Shown in pieces: positions 11,001-21,215 of a DNA stretch of 64,000 nt (positions are counted from its first letter, which is position 1; the number at the start of each line of letters is the position of its first letter). The DNA lies in the IMG/VR virus record IMGVR_UViG_3300030109_005647, positions 74,596-138,595 of that record. One strand, given 5' to 3'. This DNA is from a virus. Below the pieces are notes generated by a model. That model was not told the DNA's origin. It did not search any database and saw nothing but the letters and a program-made list of their open reading frames with translations. The position numbers were made by a program, and so were the translations under genes.

Positions 11001-14000
11001 TTTCTTCTTCTCTCAACTCTTGAGAGTCATCTTTTGAAGCGTCACCTTTCCAGAATAAATTTTCAAAATTCTCGCGACCTCTAACTTTAGAAAGGTAAGT
11101 GTTTTGTTCTTTCGGGAAAACTGTTTCTCTAACAGTGTATGAAAGTAATTCATCTATCGGGTTTAACTCTGATACACCAGCAAAATCACCAGCACTGTAT
11201 AGATAATAGTTTATGACATCTAGTGTCTGCTGTTCTGATTTTTTATTTCTTTCAGCGAGTATATCACTATCTAGATCTATTCCATCGGCTCCGTGATCCG
11301 TAAAGTAGCCCAAATTATTAAGGTATGAGTGGTTTATTGTAATCCCTTTGGTTGTAAAGTCTTCTGGATTGGAAGATATTCCAAGCTTTACTGATAGCTT
11401 ATGACGTAGCTGCTTATATTTACTTGTAATTGGAGGCTCTATAACTGATGTAATACTGCCTTTAGCTCCGTCAATTACAATTGGATCTCCCTCTGAATTT
11501 GTTGCCTTTTGAGGTTTTAGATAACTTAGCCTGTTTTCACCTCGATGTGTTCTTACAATTGGATGATTGTCTTTTCTATATAGTTTCCAGTTTGAGCCGC
11601 CTACTGGACCTCCACGAGAAGATAAAATACCTTGTAGCACTCTAGAAGGTGGCGCAAATACATTAACTGAAAAATTATCAACCAACCCTCCCTTGTACAC
11701 TCTTAAATCTGCTTCTGGAGGAGTACTGTCCATCTCCCCGACATTTGGAAATCCTAGTTGATTTGCGCTAGATGTCAAGGGGTTAACAATATTCGTATTA
11801 AGACCAGCAAAATCAACAGGAATAAACTCAGCGCTAGACGCTGCAGCCAACTCAAGTAAACCAAAGACCCTAATTCCACTCGAATTAACAAAACTACCAA
11901 CAACACTAGAGGTAATAAAAGTTAAATCAGTAGAGGCAAGACTTGCATTACTAAAATCTGGCTGTTCAAAACCATAAAGAGCGGAGCCAGTATAGTCATT
12001 TATCAAGCTAGCTGTGATCCATGCATATTGAACATCTGTTTGCGGTATTTGATGTGTAACAAAGAAATTATCAAATACAGTTTCGGTCGAAACAGTCCCA
12101 AAGTCACCAGTAAACTCATTAGAATATTTTATCTGTTTCCTACCATTTCTATTGACCTTGTGAAAAGAACCAGTGCCAATGTATTTCAAATTAGCCCCAG
12201 GATCGTTTATAGAAGAAGAGCCGCCAGGATATGTTCCCCAGGATGCTCTTTCGTAATCTGCTATAGTTCTTGCGTCACTAAATAAACCAAATTGATTTGT
12301 ATGATCTGACAACAACTCTTGAAGAGGAAGTCTCACACTTAAATTTCTAAAAGGTAGCGCATTATAAACACTATATTCCGCCGCGGCGACATCTAACATT
12401 CCTTCGCACATCGTCGCAGGATCACCGGGAGCGGAGAATCGATTCACAATAATCGCTTTGTTCTTACCGGTTAAATCTCTTCTAGGCAGCGCAAAGTCAA
12501 CAACACCTGACACGTATAAAGAATCAGTCACCGTTGTCGCCAAATCGCCATCAGATTCCGCTAAATAACGATTATTCAATGAACGACCATTAGTCATTAC
12601 AATTTCATAAGTTTTAGAATAGTTTCCAATGTTCGTGCTACTATCAGAGTCAATACCGGTGCCATCTGAAGACGCCGTTATTTGTTGAATATTTTTTATA
12701 TTTACAGGTCTTTTGGCATACTCTTCACGGAAGAACACAGACTTTGGATTCTCTACTGCAACATTAACTAAATCTAATGCGGTAGAAGATACTTTTAATC
12801 TCCAGCCCTCTAGTCTTTCACCTTCTCTTTGAGGTTCTTCATTGTCTGTCACAAGATTAGTCATGACATGGCGATAGGCGCGACCACCCACATATTTTTC
12901 TGTAAATGGACCCTGCATTGGGACATCGCCAAAAGGACCGTAACTATCGTGATGTAAGTTTGTAATTGCCAACTCTGGTTTAAAGTCTGCTAAGTCTGTC
13001 ATAGCAGGGTTTGCGACGACAGAAGAGCTATAAAGACTAAATGGAAACACCAAATCTCCTTTATAAACTTCGGAAAATGACTCAGCATTATCTTGAGATA
13101 CCCCTACAGAAAATTTATATTTTCTCTTACCCTTGTTTAAGATCAAATTATCATCACAAGATTTAAACGATTCAAGTTCTGATTCTGCAGGCTCTATAGA
13201 AATTAACGCACCCTCTGTTGCGCCGGGGGCTGTTGGACGCTTCCGAAGTGAGTCCCAAAAGCCCACTTTTTTATTTTCATATGCGTTGCCGCCGCCGTGA
13301 ATTTCAGGCTCTTTTATCGCATTAATTTTATAAGGTCTTGCAAATCTTCGTAAAGCATACGTGGATCCCTGGTAAGTTCCACTTGAACCTTTAAAACTTG
13401 GAGCGCTGGCATCATTTAAATTATTTACAACATTTAATATCGCTTGTCGATCTGAATCTATAATGGAATCACCACTTGTCAACGCCGATCTTTCTGCTCT
13501 TTCTTTAGCCCATAAACAATTTTCAGCTTCAGTTTCAGATAAAGGCTTGTGACCCTCTTTCCAGGGGTATAGCATCTCATTTATTCCAAATATCGAAGCC
13601 TCTGGATCTGACTGTTTAAACTCATATGTAGGAAACTTTGATTGATATTTATTTCTCTCTAAAATATGCGATTCAATAACGTTTCTAAGAGGTCTTTCAT
13701 CTAAACCAGAAGACATTGGCGCTAACTTTTGAATCATAGAGGAAACTGCTAGATCAAACCATTTAAAATATTCAATATATTTATCAACATCCGGTGTTGT
13801 TGTTCTTTGGAAAAACAACTGCCTTAGCATTTTAAGTGCTTTGTATTCTCCACGATATCTATCAACACCTTGACCAATAAGATTATTAAAATCAACCACT
13901 GTTGACATAAAATTTAACATATCTTCTGATATGTTTTGATAGGGGCTTTTTTCTACATATAAATCAAAAAAAGTAGGTCTGCTATCTCTTGTAAAGTAGA

Positions 14001-17000
14001 TGTCGTCGTTTTGTAAAACCTTGACGGTGTTTTCACTAGCCATAGTCTCTGGTATGTTTTGCTTTGCAATGATTATGTCATCAGTTAAAACAACGTCAGT
14101 GCTAGATGCCTTAAACTCGTGTCCAATGCCGGTGTGTTGTTTATTTGAAAGATTACTTAAAAATCCATATCTATTTATTTGTTCCACAGAGCCTGACGTA
14201 AAATCATCTACGATGAAACTACCTGCTGTGTCTGAGCCTGTTACATTATCAAAATTCCAGTGCAGCAATAATGTTTCTTTATTTGGAACATAAACGTTAT
14301 TTATAGAAGTATTAAAAAGATAAGCATTTTGCTCTGGGTTCTTAATGCTATAATTGTTTGGGTTTGAGGCGTGTAACGATAAGTCATTAATTGTTAACTT
14401 ATTCTGCCATGCTCTGATAGTGTTAAATTTAACGTCAGATTGCTGTAAGACTGATCCAGTAAAGTTTGTTTTATGGGAACCGACAAATAAACGCTTTGGA
14501 GATGCCAAGAAATTGATTGCCTGCTGTTGCGTTATAGATCCTGTTAGGGTGAATTGATTCATTGTGACATCTAAAACTTTACTAATACCAGAAAATTGAA
14601 CAACATATCCGGTATTTTCAGTTGCGCCGTTTGATAAAGTTGCAGGTGAGGCACCAGTAGCGCCATCTTCAACAAAAGTCCCCTCGATATCGGTTAATGT
14701 AATTGAATTCCCTATTGGACCAGCTACGTTTGCTGTAATTGTTATATCATCTGGTGTAGAGCCGATAGCAGCAGTGATACCTTTAATTCCACTTGTTGCA
14801 TTACCTGATCCGGCGCCGTATTGAATAATTGAAGTATCGCTGCTTCCATTAATTGCCGCCACAAGTCGAGTAGCAGTTGAGTTAGCCGCAATGGGCGAAG
14901 TGCCTTTTACTTGTATTTCGTTGGCAGTGCCTGCAGATGGCGTGGCAGCTTCAAGTATCCTGATAGTGATATCATTTCCGGTTCCACCTGCAGCAACTGG
15001 AACATTAATTTTAAATCTATCGTTTTGTGCCTGACCAGCAAAACTTAATAATATATTAACACCGGATGCTTTTGAATCACTTAGTGTTCCTGATACTTGA
15101 TTTGCGTTTGGATATGCCTCTGGATATAACGATACCAAAAAACTCCAATTGGTGTCACTGTAAACATCGTCATAATAAGAGGACACTAATTCTGGTAAAA
15201 AACCTCCAGCGGTTCCAGTTAGAACAAATCTTGCTTTATCAGAGTATGTATTTAATTTTTCTGATTTTACAACAAAGTTAGCGTAGTCGTTTGTGTTCCA
15301 AGTTGTATGCTGGGGGATGCTATCTTCTGCGGTATGTTGACCGAACAGCGATGCGGTTATCATAATCGGATATTGATTGGCATAACTCGCGAACCCATGT
15401 TTAAACGTGTTAAGGTTTGATTGATCTACTCTATTTGGAAAAGTAATGTTTGCTTCGACACTAAATGGGAGACTAGCTTCTTGAGATGTTCTTGCATTGA
15501 AGTCCTTGCTAGCAGACATAAAAGTAACAGAATTGCTATTTAAGCTGCTAGAATATTGGTGAACACTTGCGTCGGCATTTGGTATAGTATTAAAATTGAT
15601 TAACTTAAACTTACCAGATGCAGTCCTAAAGTTATCTTCCAAAACATAATCAACATTGTTTGAATAGATGTTTAATTTATATACTTGATCATCAATTCCA
15701 AAACATCTTATTAGGTTTCTAAAAGATTTCTCTGTTCCTTTGGATTTGTTTATATAAGTCAAGTTGTTGTAAATGTTTTTATATATGATGTTTTTAACAT
15801 CATTAAACTTTTCAGTATATTTTATATTATTATCTCTATTCTCAAAATACTCTAAACTATCAATGGCGTTAAATATCTCTGGTGTGATAAACCCTTTTGA
15901 CTGTAAAATCCTATTCATAAAGGGTATTGGTTTTTGAGAACCACTAACATAATCGTTTTGCGGAAGAGAAGGCATTGATTTAGCAAAGTTTGTTGCACTA
16001 TCAAAGTAACTACTTATGATTTGTGTTAAATTCCATAACGAATTAGCAATGATGCCTTCATCATCTGGATTATTAGCGTCGTGTTCTTCTAGAATCCAAC
16101 CTGGTAGTGTATAGTATATTGTTGATGGATTTGTATAATCATATTGTTTACCCTCTTTTCTTCTATCAGAAAGATATGAAACAACATCAGGGTGAGATGA
16201 ATATATAATTGGATCTCTGAACTCTACTCCAGAATAAGAAGCTAGTCCTGATTCATTGATTGCGGACCCAGTGTCCCTAGAATATAAAGAAGAGTAGCCA
16301 GTCCACGATCCATTACTAATTCGACCAGAGTAATCTAAAACTTTTGCGTCTGTGGATGCTGTAAGAGTCAACCCTTCGTTAAACTTATAGTATAAACCAA
16401 GATGAGTATTGGCATCGTCAGTATTGGTGCCTCCACCAACTTGATCAAACCATCGTGTTTGTATTTGTTTTGAAGTTCTCCAGTTTTTCCAAAATCTAAA
16501 TTCATCAACAGAGCCAGATAACTTACCCCAGCCTCTGCCCGCCTGTGGTGATCCATCGTTTGTACCCGATGGGTGTGTAGCAAGGGCGCCAATGGTACCG
16601 ACTATGGTGCCACTTACATAGTCAACAGTTGTTCCTGTTTTTATTGTATGATTGTAGCCGCCATCAACAAAAAGATCCACTGCGGTGTTTGAGCCATCAT
16701 TTTTAAATCTAAATGAGTAATGGTGCCAATTATCATCAGCAACGGATGATGTGGTAAGTGAAGAACCTATATTTTCTTTTGATATGCCAGACGTACCTGA
16801 CATGTAGGTTACATAAAATGGAGACAGAGTGTTTGTCGCTGCGCCATGTCCCGACATCTCAATTGTCATTCGACCATAATCTAAACTTGAAGAGATTGAA
16901 CTTGTAGTGAATATATCGAATACAACCTCAGTTTGGGTAGCCGCAGGATTAAAAGCTGCTTTTTTAAGCCAAAACTCTACGGTATTTCCATCGTTTCCGC

Positions 17001-17568
17001 CTATCTTTAAGTTACACTCGCGATCTTTTGAAAGATCGTAAAGATTTGCTTTTTCTCTATAGTGTGCTTCGCCGGTGTCAGGATCAATGTAAACGTTTGT
17101 GCCAAAGCCCGCATGTGGACCTCCGTTAAACGATACAAATTCATAGGTGCCTGAGCCGGCGGCTCCGTATGAACCCCAGGTGCTATAATCAGTAGATGTA
17201 TCGGTCGCTGATAGACTAGCTGTTGAAAAAACAGCGTATCCGGTGCTTCTTGGGTACCCGTTTTCAAAAAGATATAAATCTAGACCAGAGGAGGAGAGTT
17301 CCCAAAGTATTTTTTCTTTTTTAGATCCATCATAAGGATACGTCTCATAAACTCTTGTAATGGAATCATAGTAATACTTTTCTGCAGAGCCAAATTTAGC
17401 AAAATTTTCTGGTTTTGAATAATCAACTAAAGGAATAAATCTATCGCGATCTTCAATGAATACTTTTACATAATCAGGTGATTCCACCCCACTAGCAGTA
17501 AGAGAAGATAAGTTAGTGTTCGAAATATATTTGTATTTTTGTTCTTTAAATAAATCTTTTAAGGACAT
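8047..17568 (-). CDS. Giant (3173 aa) baseplate wedge-like protein with LamG/concanavalin-like domains
   Basis: LamG motifs (TVEFWLK, WHHYSF, LFVDG, GSVDEFRFW, YYKFNEG); KSKGTEKSFRNLIRCFG resembles the baseplate wedge/gpI-type KGTxxxxxxLxxxFG motif; downstream of the gp6-like gene. Confidence 0.7.
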   Translation of the reverse strand: MSLKDLFKEQKYKYISNTNLSSLTASGVESPDYVKVFIEDRDRFIPLVDYSKPENFAKFGSAEKYYYDSITRVYETYPYDGSKKEKILWELSSSGLDLYLFENGYPRSTGYAVFSTASLSATDTSTDYSTWGSYGAAGSGTYEFVSFNGGPHAGFGTNVYIDPDTGEAHYREKANLYDLSKDRECNLKIGGNDGNTVEFWLKKAAFNPAATQTEVVFDIFTTSSISSSLDYGRMTIEMSGHGAATNTLSPFYVTYMSGTSGISKENIGSSLTTSSVADDNWHHYSFRFKNDGSNTAVDLFVDGGYNHTIKTGTTVDYVSGTIVGTIGALATHPSGTNDGSPQAGRGWGKLSGSVDEFRFWKNWRTSKQIQTRWFDQVGGGTNTDDANTHLGLYYKFNEGLTLTASTDAKVLDYSGRISNGSWTGYSSLYSRDTGSAINESGLASYSGVEFRDPIIYSSHPDVVSYLSDRRKEGKQYDYTNPSTIYYTLPGWILEEHDANNPDDEGIIANSLWNLTQIISSYFDSATNFAKSMPSLPQNDYVSGSQKPIPFMNRILQSKGFITPEIFNAIDSLEYFENRDNNIKYTEKFNDVKNIIYKNIYNNLTYINKSKGTEKSFRNLIRCFGIDDQVYKLNIYSNNVDYVLEDNFRTASGKFKLINFNTIPNADASVHQYSSSLNSNSVTFMSASKDFNARTSQEASLPFSVEANITFPNRVDQSNLNTFKHGFASYANQYPIMITASLFGQHTAEDSIPQHTTWNTNDYANFVVKSEKLNTYSDKARFVLTGTAGGFLPELVSSYYDDVYSDTNWSFLVSLYPEAYPNANQVSGTLSDSKASGVNILLSFAGQAQNDRFKINVPVAAGGTGNDITIRILEAATPSAGTANEIQVKGTSPIAANSTATRLVAAINGSSDTSIIQYGAGSGNATSGIKGITAAIGSTPDDITITANVAGPIGNSITLTDIEGTFVEDGATGASPATLSNGATENTGYVVQFSGISKVLDVTMNQFTLTGSITQQQAINFLASPKRLFVGSHKTNFTGSVLQQSDVKFNTIRAWQNKLTINDLSLHASNPNNYSIKNPEQNAYLFNTSINNVYVPNKETLLLHWNFDNVTGSDTAGSFIVDDFTSGSVEQINRYGFLSNLSNKQHTGIGHEFKASSTDVVLTDDIIIAKQNIPETMASENTVKVLQNDDIYFTRDSRPTFFDLYVEKSPYQNISEDMLNFMSTVVDFNNLIGQGVDRYRGEYKALKMLRQLFFQRTTTPDVDKYIEYFKWFDLAVSSMIQKLAPMSSGLDERPLRNVIESHILERNKYQSKFPTYEFKQSDPEASIFGINEMLYPWKEGHKPLSETEAENCLWAKERAERSALTSGDSIIDSDRQAILNVVNNLNDASAPSFKGSSGTYQGSTYALRRFARPYKINAIKEPEIHGGGNAYENKKVGFWDSLRKRPTAPGATEGALISIEPAESELESFKSCDDNLILNKGKRKYKFSVGVSQDNAESFSEVYKGDLVFPFSLYSSSVVANPAMTDLADFKPELAITNLHHDSYGPFGDVPMQGPFTEKYVGGRAYRHVMTNLVTDNEEPQREGERLEGWRLKVSSTALDLVNVAVENPKSVFFREEYAKRPVNIKNIQQITASSDGTGIDSDSSTNIGNYSKTYEIVMTNGRSLNNRYLAESDGDLATTVTDSLYVSGVVDFALPRRDLTGKNKAIIVNRFSAPGDPATMCEGMLDVAAAEYSVYNALPFRNLSVRLPLQELLSDHTNQFGLFSDARTIADYERASWGTYPGGSSSINDPGANLKYIGTGSFHKVNRNGRKQIKYSNEFTGDFGTVSTETVFDNFFVTHQIPQTDVQYAWITASLINDYTGSALYGFEQPDFSNASLASTDLTFITSSVVGSFVNSSGIRVFGLLELAAASSAEFIPVDFAGLNTNIVNPLTSSANQLGFPNVGEMDSTPPEADLRVYKGGLVDNFSVNVFAPPSRVLQGILSSRGGPVGGSNWKLYRKDNHPIVRTHRGENRLSYLKPQKATNSEGDPIVIDGAKGSITSVIEPPITSKYKQLRHKLSVKLGISSNPEDFTTKGITINHSYLNNLGYFTDHGADGIDLDSDILAERNKKSEQQTLDVINYYLYSAGDFAGVSELNPIDELLSYTVRETVFPKEQNTYLSKVRGRENFENLFWKGDASKDDSQELREEENAVNSIGFTIPKQSIFALDARLNVKSAAANLEGTDGAGELQNNCTVFMNSAGDHFVSPLYTLPVSSSTIGIVNDTAWDAGLQSGLNPSYTTYAEYANEIRTLGKDYSIIPEFRISEYMTDYINTGFDINARNPQINPTKPFLDLTGSSVLDATNPEFYKVYNTTDLLKFFEITEDATDDTVIDRVTMRCKSLIKFLPYDGFYPAQRTTQLANLFSASYLGPFEGNNLTSGSARAGLTPFYAPGIMYNSIKAGLAVDFPMPSNSVNDTRRSVAYVTSSTGTNPFYERTQPFTRIPFEAIIDPDGNIGGNVGSLTWYDLHINDARIANQASGFGTSYAGEKFEGLQSTSQYTFKVSDNQSTLLYTLAANNFFAESINFFLPQGRMTRLTSLPSNHPDFASNTKKLIQPGGESFKEYTMQVRISNSPNFKNENTTFFNYEQGSAYGVPVGTAVDFSAFAPVYKHATLDSKTGAGILTLTYRPLDPDDFTYFDLDEIMNNLTASFQGAQGSAFDQAATKYAQHFTSSFNIGKARILETDFDAITGQPKTVKKDINEIDVMIIEPKWECPMLNFKNVTQSTIASTGDTGRVGMWHQYGEIDEANGAFLSIADPSSVNDTSLTGSLADLLGFDKTNGKVPQRIGKVGSSKEISEAVVAIPFRVVGGNKVTFKISRDAVNQAELILQGNQPGDGTLPENPLADQSIVDMVDKMQRYVIPPHMDFITYKNNVPGKLGIEQIPGGPFAMYIFEFTRTLTQEDLANIWQNLPPVSIGASPFYHDSDEVTISHEVFNSLKLNLINGKKILGNEEQISKSREYTSDIQWMVFKAKKRAATNYFERTTNINDGGQFDFKFANQQQFPNITYNWPYDFFSMVELVKLDAEITMTPQDGSVKVPTQEIQEKFGAPSKSDADQNEYAPLPETPASALPGVGAGGTTDFIDPSGPGGFGSSTGAGVSTPDGGPSTTVDSATAVGQSLAQLGNLGGSDPFGQ

Positions 17569-17569
17569 A

Positions 17570-19402
17570 TTATTCTACTCTAAACCTAAACCTTTCTGGT
17601 TGCTCAACGTAACTTCCATTAATTAGATAAGAAAAGCTTAATTCATAGACAGTATCGCTATCAAATAAGTTCATTTCTAAGTCAAAGTAGCTACCACTCG
17701 CATCATAAGATAACCGAGTGTGGTTTAGCGAACCGGTCCCAAAAGGAATAACTTCTAGATTATCGCTCACGCGGGTGAAGCGATAGTAAGTATTGTCAAT
17801 TATACTTGTTTCTATTTCGTTATTCGCTACTGTATAAATAGTTGGGGACCAATCTTTTTGACGAGTATAGAGTCTAAATCTTACCTTTTCACCTTGATTA
17901 TAAACTGCACGTAAGTTGGTGACTTTAGAGACATATCTTTGGTCAAAATTATAATTTTGACTGTTAAAGGTTTGTACAGTTACCGCTGAACCGGTGTGGT
18001 ACTCAATCCCGTCTTTATTCCAAACATCAAATATTTTTGTGATGCTTGAAGAGGCGTAAGCAAATGAACATGAGTAAATACCCGTTTCGACGTGAGAGCC
18101 TGTAATGGTTAGAGTGTCTGGTGAGTTTACGCCGCCGCCGAAAGGTAAAGAAAGTTTATTTCCAGTAGGGGCGGTGCTGCCGCTATAAATATTAACGAAA
18201 ATATTTCCTGTCCCTATCGCTGGGATATCTTTAAGCTGTCCTCTGACCACGTTGTATAGATATAGATTCATTAAATTATCAGAAGCTGGAACAAGAGAGG
18301 AACTTAAGAAAAAATCTCCACGATTATCTTTTTTGCTGTCATCCCATCGGGCTTCGATAATGGGTCGTTTGTGAAAAAACTGTGATCCACGCGCAAAGAA
18401 CATTTTAGTATAATAAGATTGTTCTTCAGTTTCATTGGCGGCGGTAAGACGCACACCAAAGCCATGATTACTTAAATCACCAGAAACCCAATCCTCCACG
18501 AGATGGCTTACATCAACCTCTAAGTTTTCGAAACCAGAGTCAAAAGATTGTGTGAAAGTATATTCTGCACTGTCGATATAACTGCCACCTTCAACATTGG
18601 CGCCGCCAGTAAAGTTAGCCACTGTAACACCATTGACGCTATCTGTATTATCTTTATCACCTATTGTGCCAGCAGTTGTCTGAGTAACTGTAACTTTAGT
18701 GCTATCTGTAACTACAGCAGTAAACCCAGCATTTGTGGTCGCAGTAATTGACGCGGCAATTGCCGTTGCTATGTTCGCATTGCTCGTGGCGCCGCCATAG
18801 CCTAATTCTACAGTGCCCCCCGCAGTGCCTCCTGGTTGTGACCCAAAGGGAGTAGTATCTTTAAACTGATACGTTGTGGCAACGCCAGCCGCATCGACCA
18901 AAATAAATGTTTCATTATTTCCTATCGATCCGTGACCAGTGACCGTAATTAGAGCGGTTGATCTTCCTGAATTCTCTGCCCACGGAACGCCACTAGAAGC
19001 AGAAAGATAGTTAGATGCATCTTCATCTGTATAATTTTCCATGTCCAGACCAAGACCTTCATTCCAAGATTGAGATATCGGCTGTACTAATAAAGCGTAA
19101 TCCTTCGGCGTAGTTTGTGTATGCTCCGCGTCATACATGGTTAAGAAGAAATTAACACTACCAGATGCTGGAATTATGCCACTTGTTCTATCTGTATTTA
19201 TTGCAGTTGTGTCGAATTCAATAAGAACTCGCGCTAATTCTGAGGATAGACCAGTGCTTGAACTTACTTGGGCATATATGCTAAAAACTTCAAGGATATC
19301 AGATTGACCCATATTTCCGCTGACACCACGGGTATCAAGGTTTGATTTGAAAGCGTTTGTTATGGTGTTATCTTTTGTCGCGTAGTATCTTTTTATAGCC
19401 AT
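17570..19402 (-). CDS. Virion structural protein with DNRLRE-like N-terminal domain and an inserted Thr/Ala/Gly-rich domain
   Basis: ATKDNTI...N.G....LEV...RVLIEFD...SQSWNEG...NHGFGVR...RPIIEARWDD pattern of DNRLRE-type domains; between baseplate genes. Confidence 0.6.
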   Translation of the reverse strand: MAIKRYYATKDNTITNAFKSNLDTRGVSGNMGQSDILEVFSIYAQVSSSTGLSSELARVLIEFDTTAINTDRTSGIIPASGSVNFFLTMYDAEHTQTTPKDYALLVQPISQSWNEGLGLDMENYTDEDASNYLSASSGVPWAENSGRSTALITVTGHGSIGNNETFILVDAAGVATTYQFKDTTPFGSQPGGTAGGTVELGYGGATSNANIATAIAASITATTNAGFTAVVTDSTKVTVTQTTAGTIGDKDNTDSVNGVTVANFTGGANVEGGSYIDSAEYTFTQSFDSGFENLEVDVSHLVEDWVSGDLSNHGFGVRLTAANETEEQSYYTKMFFARGSQFFHKRPIIEARWDDSKKDNRGDFFLSSSLVPASDNLMNLYLYNVVRGQLKDIPAIGTGNIFVNIYSGSTAPTGNKLSLPFGGGVNSPDTLTITGSHVETGIYSCSFAYASSSITKIFDVWNKDGIEYHTGSAVTVQTFNSQNYNFDQRYVSKVTNLRAVYNQGEKVRFRLYTRQKDWSPTIYTVANNEIETSIIDNTYYRFTRVSDNLEVIPFGTGSLNHTRLSYDASGSYFDLEMNLFDSDTVYELSFSYLINGSYVEQPERFRFRVE

Positions 19403-21198
19403 TATTGAACAGTCCCTATGATGTCTGTGTTTGGAAATTTAATTTCAAAAACTGAATCGAATGGGCAAATTATTTTTCTACCATCTCTGCTTAAATTCCC
19501 GTCAACAGAAAAGTTTGTATCTGAATATAAAGAGCCAGTTTTTGTTTCAACCTGTACGTCAATAACATCCAACACTAAAGGTGAATTTTTCAAGACAGAG
19601 AATATATCTGTTATAAAAAATGATTCTCCAATTTCATATTTGCCTCTACTATTAAAGAAATTAGCAATGCTATTTTTTGAAGAGTCTAAAGCGGCAAATT
19701 TATCTACGTCTGGGTATGCTATTATTTTGTAATTTACTTGTAAGTTTATTATTTTAGCATCCAATATATCAATTGTATCGTTAATCATTTTAAACTTAGA
19801 AATGTAAGTTCTTAAATTATTTTTAATCGTAGCGCTGCTAACCTCTAAATTTCCTAAATTATTCTGGGAGACAACATACAAATTAATATTTCTCTGGTTA
19901 AATGAGTCTGAGTCTTGATAGACGCCCACTTTCTTAATAGTGCCGAATTTTGGAGGCATGTTGTATGCGGCTGTCATCATGTCTTCTTTTGTTACTATTC
20001 TATTCTGCATAGAATAACTTCCAAAGGCTCTTTCTTTTATTTCTTCTTGAGATGGGAAAGGATTATCACCTACGAAAGCCTCTTCGTTTATCACCTCTAA
20101 GCTATCTCTTGTGGTAGTAACAGAGTTGGCATTGAGAACAGCCTCGCTCTCAAAAGAGAAAATAGGATCATATACAACGTTAACTGTATTTTGAGCAGTG
20201 TTTGTATCTTCAGAAGAATTAATTCTATAGATTATTGTTAATACTGTGTTACTTGGGCTTACACCAAGAGAGTCTGTTTTTATTAAAGAAGCCGGGTCAA
20301 AAGAATCATCTATTATGTGCGTTCTGCCGTGCGTGTTTATCAAAACCTTGCTCGGGTCCAAAACCTCTTCAACGTTTTCTTCTGATCCCGCACCAAATTG
20401 TAAAAAAACTGAATTTCTTTCTTTTATAACGGTATATCGGCGTGGAACAGAAATTGGTTTCATAATACTTGCAACAGTCTGACTGTCGGACCCATTATTG
20501 TCAACTCCAACAAATACAGTGTTCTGGCTTAGGTAGTCGACTTCAAAATATGGATTTCCATCTGAATCGATTACAGAAACAATTTCTGTAATGTTTTCTC
20601 CCGGTACCTCAACTTGTCTATAACGAATATACGAACCTAGTACTTGCTCTGTAACAGCTAGTTCTCCTGAGATGGCTTGTCCTCTTGCGCGAATGGCGTA
20701 AGATGTTGGGACGCCAGTGTTATTATCAACCTCACCAACAACAACCTCATTTTGTTCTGTATCTTTAAAATTGACATCTTCCAAAAGAGTAAATGTTTTT
20801 CCACCATTAGTTTTAAATTTGCTATTAGATTTTAATATTGGCGCATAATCATAATCTGGAGCACCAGTGAGATTAGCAGGAACTAAAATAAAAAATGTTA
20901 AAGTGCCGTATGAAGCGGGGGATAAATCTGCTTTATATCCCATCTGTCTAGATATTTTTAATATATTGTCGTACTCTGTTGCGGTTGTTAAAAAGCTTTC
21001 GTTTACTTGATAATCCAAATAAAAAGAAAGAATATCGCCAACATAAGAAACAGTATCCAACATCAAAGATCCAAAAGAGTTAACAGAAAAGTCTCTAAAT
21101 GTCTCTGGGTAGTATCTTCTGGCATAGTTTACCAAATCGTTCTTTATAGTGGTAAAGTCTCTACTTGTGTAGTCTATAGATGGTTTTTTTGGTGGCAT
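19402..21198 (-). CDS. Baseplate wedge subunit (T4 gp6 / baseplate J-like)
   Basis: IDYTSRDFTTIKNDL..Y..YPE.F.DF....G..MLD..SYVGD.LSFYLD...NE.FL.TA and QNRIVTKED motifs typical of gp6-like proteins. Confidence 0.88.
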   Translation of the reverse strand: MPPKKPSIDYTSRDFTTIKNDLVNYARRYYPETFRDFSVNSFGSLMLDTVSYVGDILSFYLDYQVNESFLTTATEYDNILKISRQMGYKADLSPASYGTLTFFILVPANLTGAPDYDYAPILKSNSKFKTNGGKTFTLLEDVNFKDTEQNEVVVGEVDNNTGVPTSYAIRARGQAISGELAVTEQVLGSYIRYRQVEVPGENITEIVSVIDSDGNPYFEVDYLSQNTVFVGVDNNGSDSQTVASIMKPISVPRRYTVIKERNSVFLQFGAGSEENVEEVLDPSKVLINTHGRTHIIDDSFDPASLIKTDSLGVSPSNTVLTIIYRINSSEDTNTAQNTVNVVYDPIFSFESEAVLNANSVTTTRDSLEVINEEAFVGDNPFPSQEEIKERAFGSYSMQNRIVTKEDMMTAAYNMPPKFGTIKKVGVYQDSDSFNQRNINLYVVSQNNLGNLEVSSATIKNNLRTYISKFKMINDTIDILDAKIINLQVNYKIIAYPDVDKFAALDSSKNSIANFFNSRGKYEIGESFFITDIFSVLKNSPLVLDVIDVQVETKTGSLYSDTNFSVDGNLSRDGRKIICPFDSVFEIKFPNTDIIGTVQ

Positions 21199-21215
21199 AA
21201 TCTAAATTAATCCTT

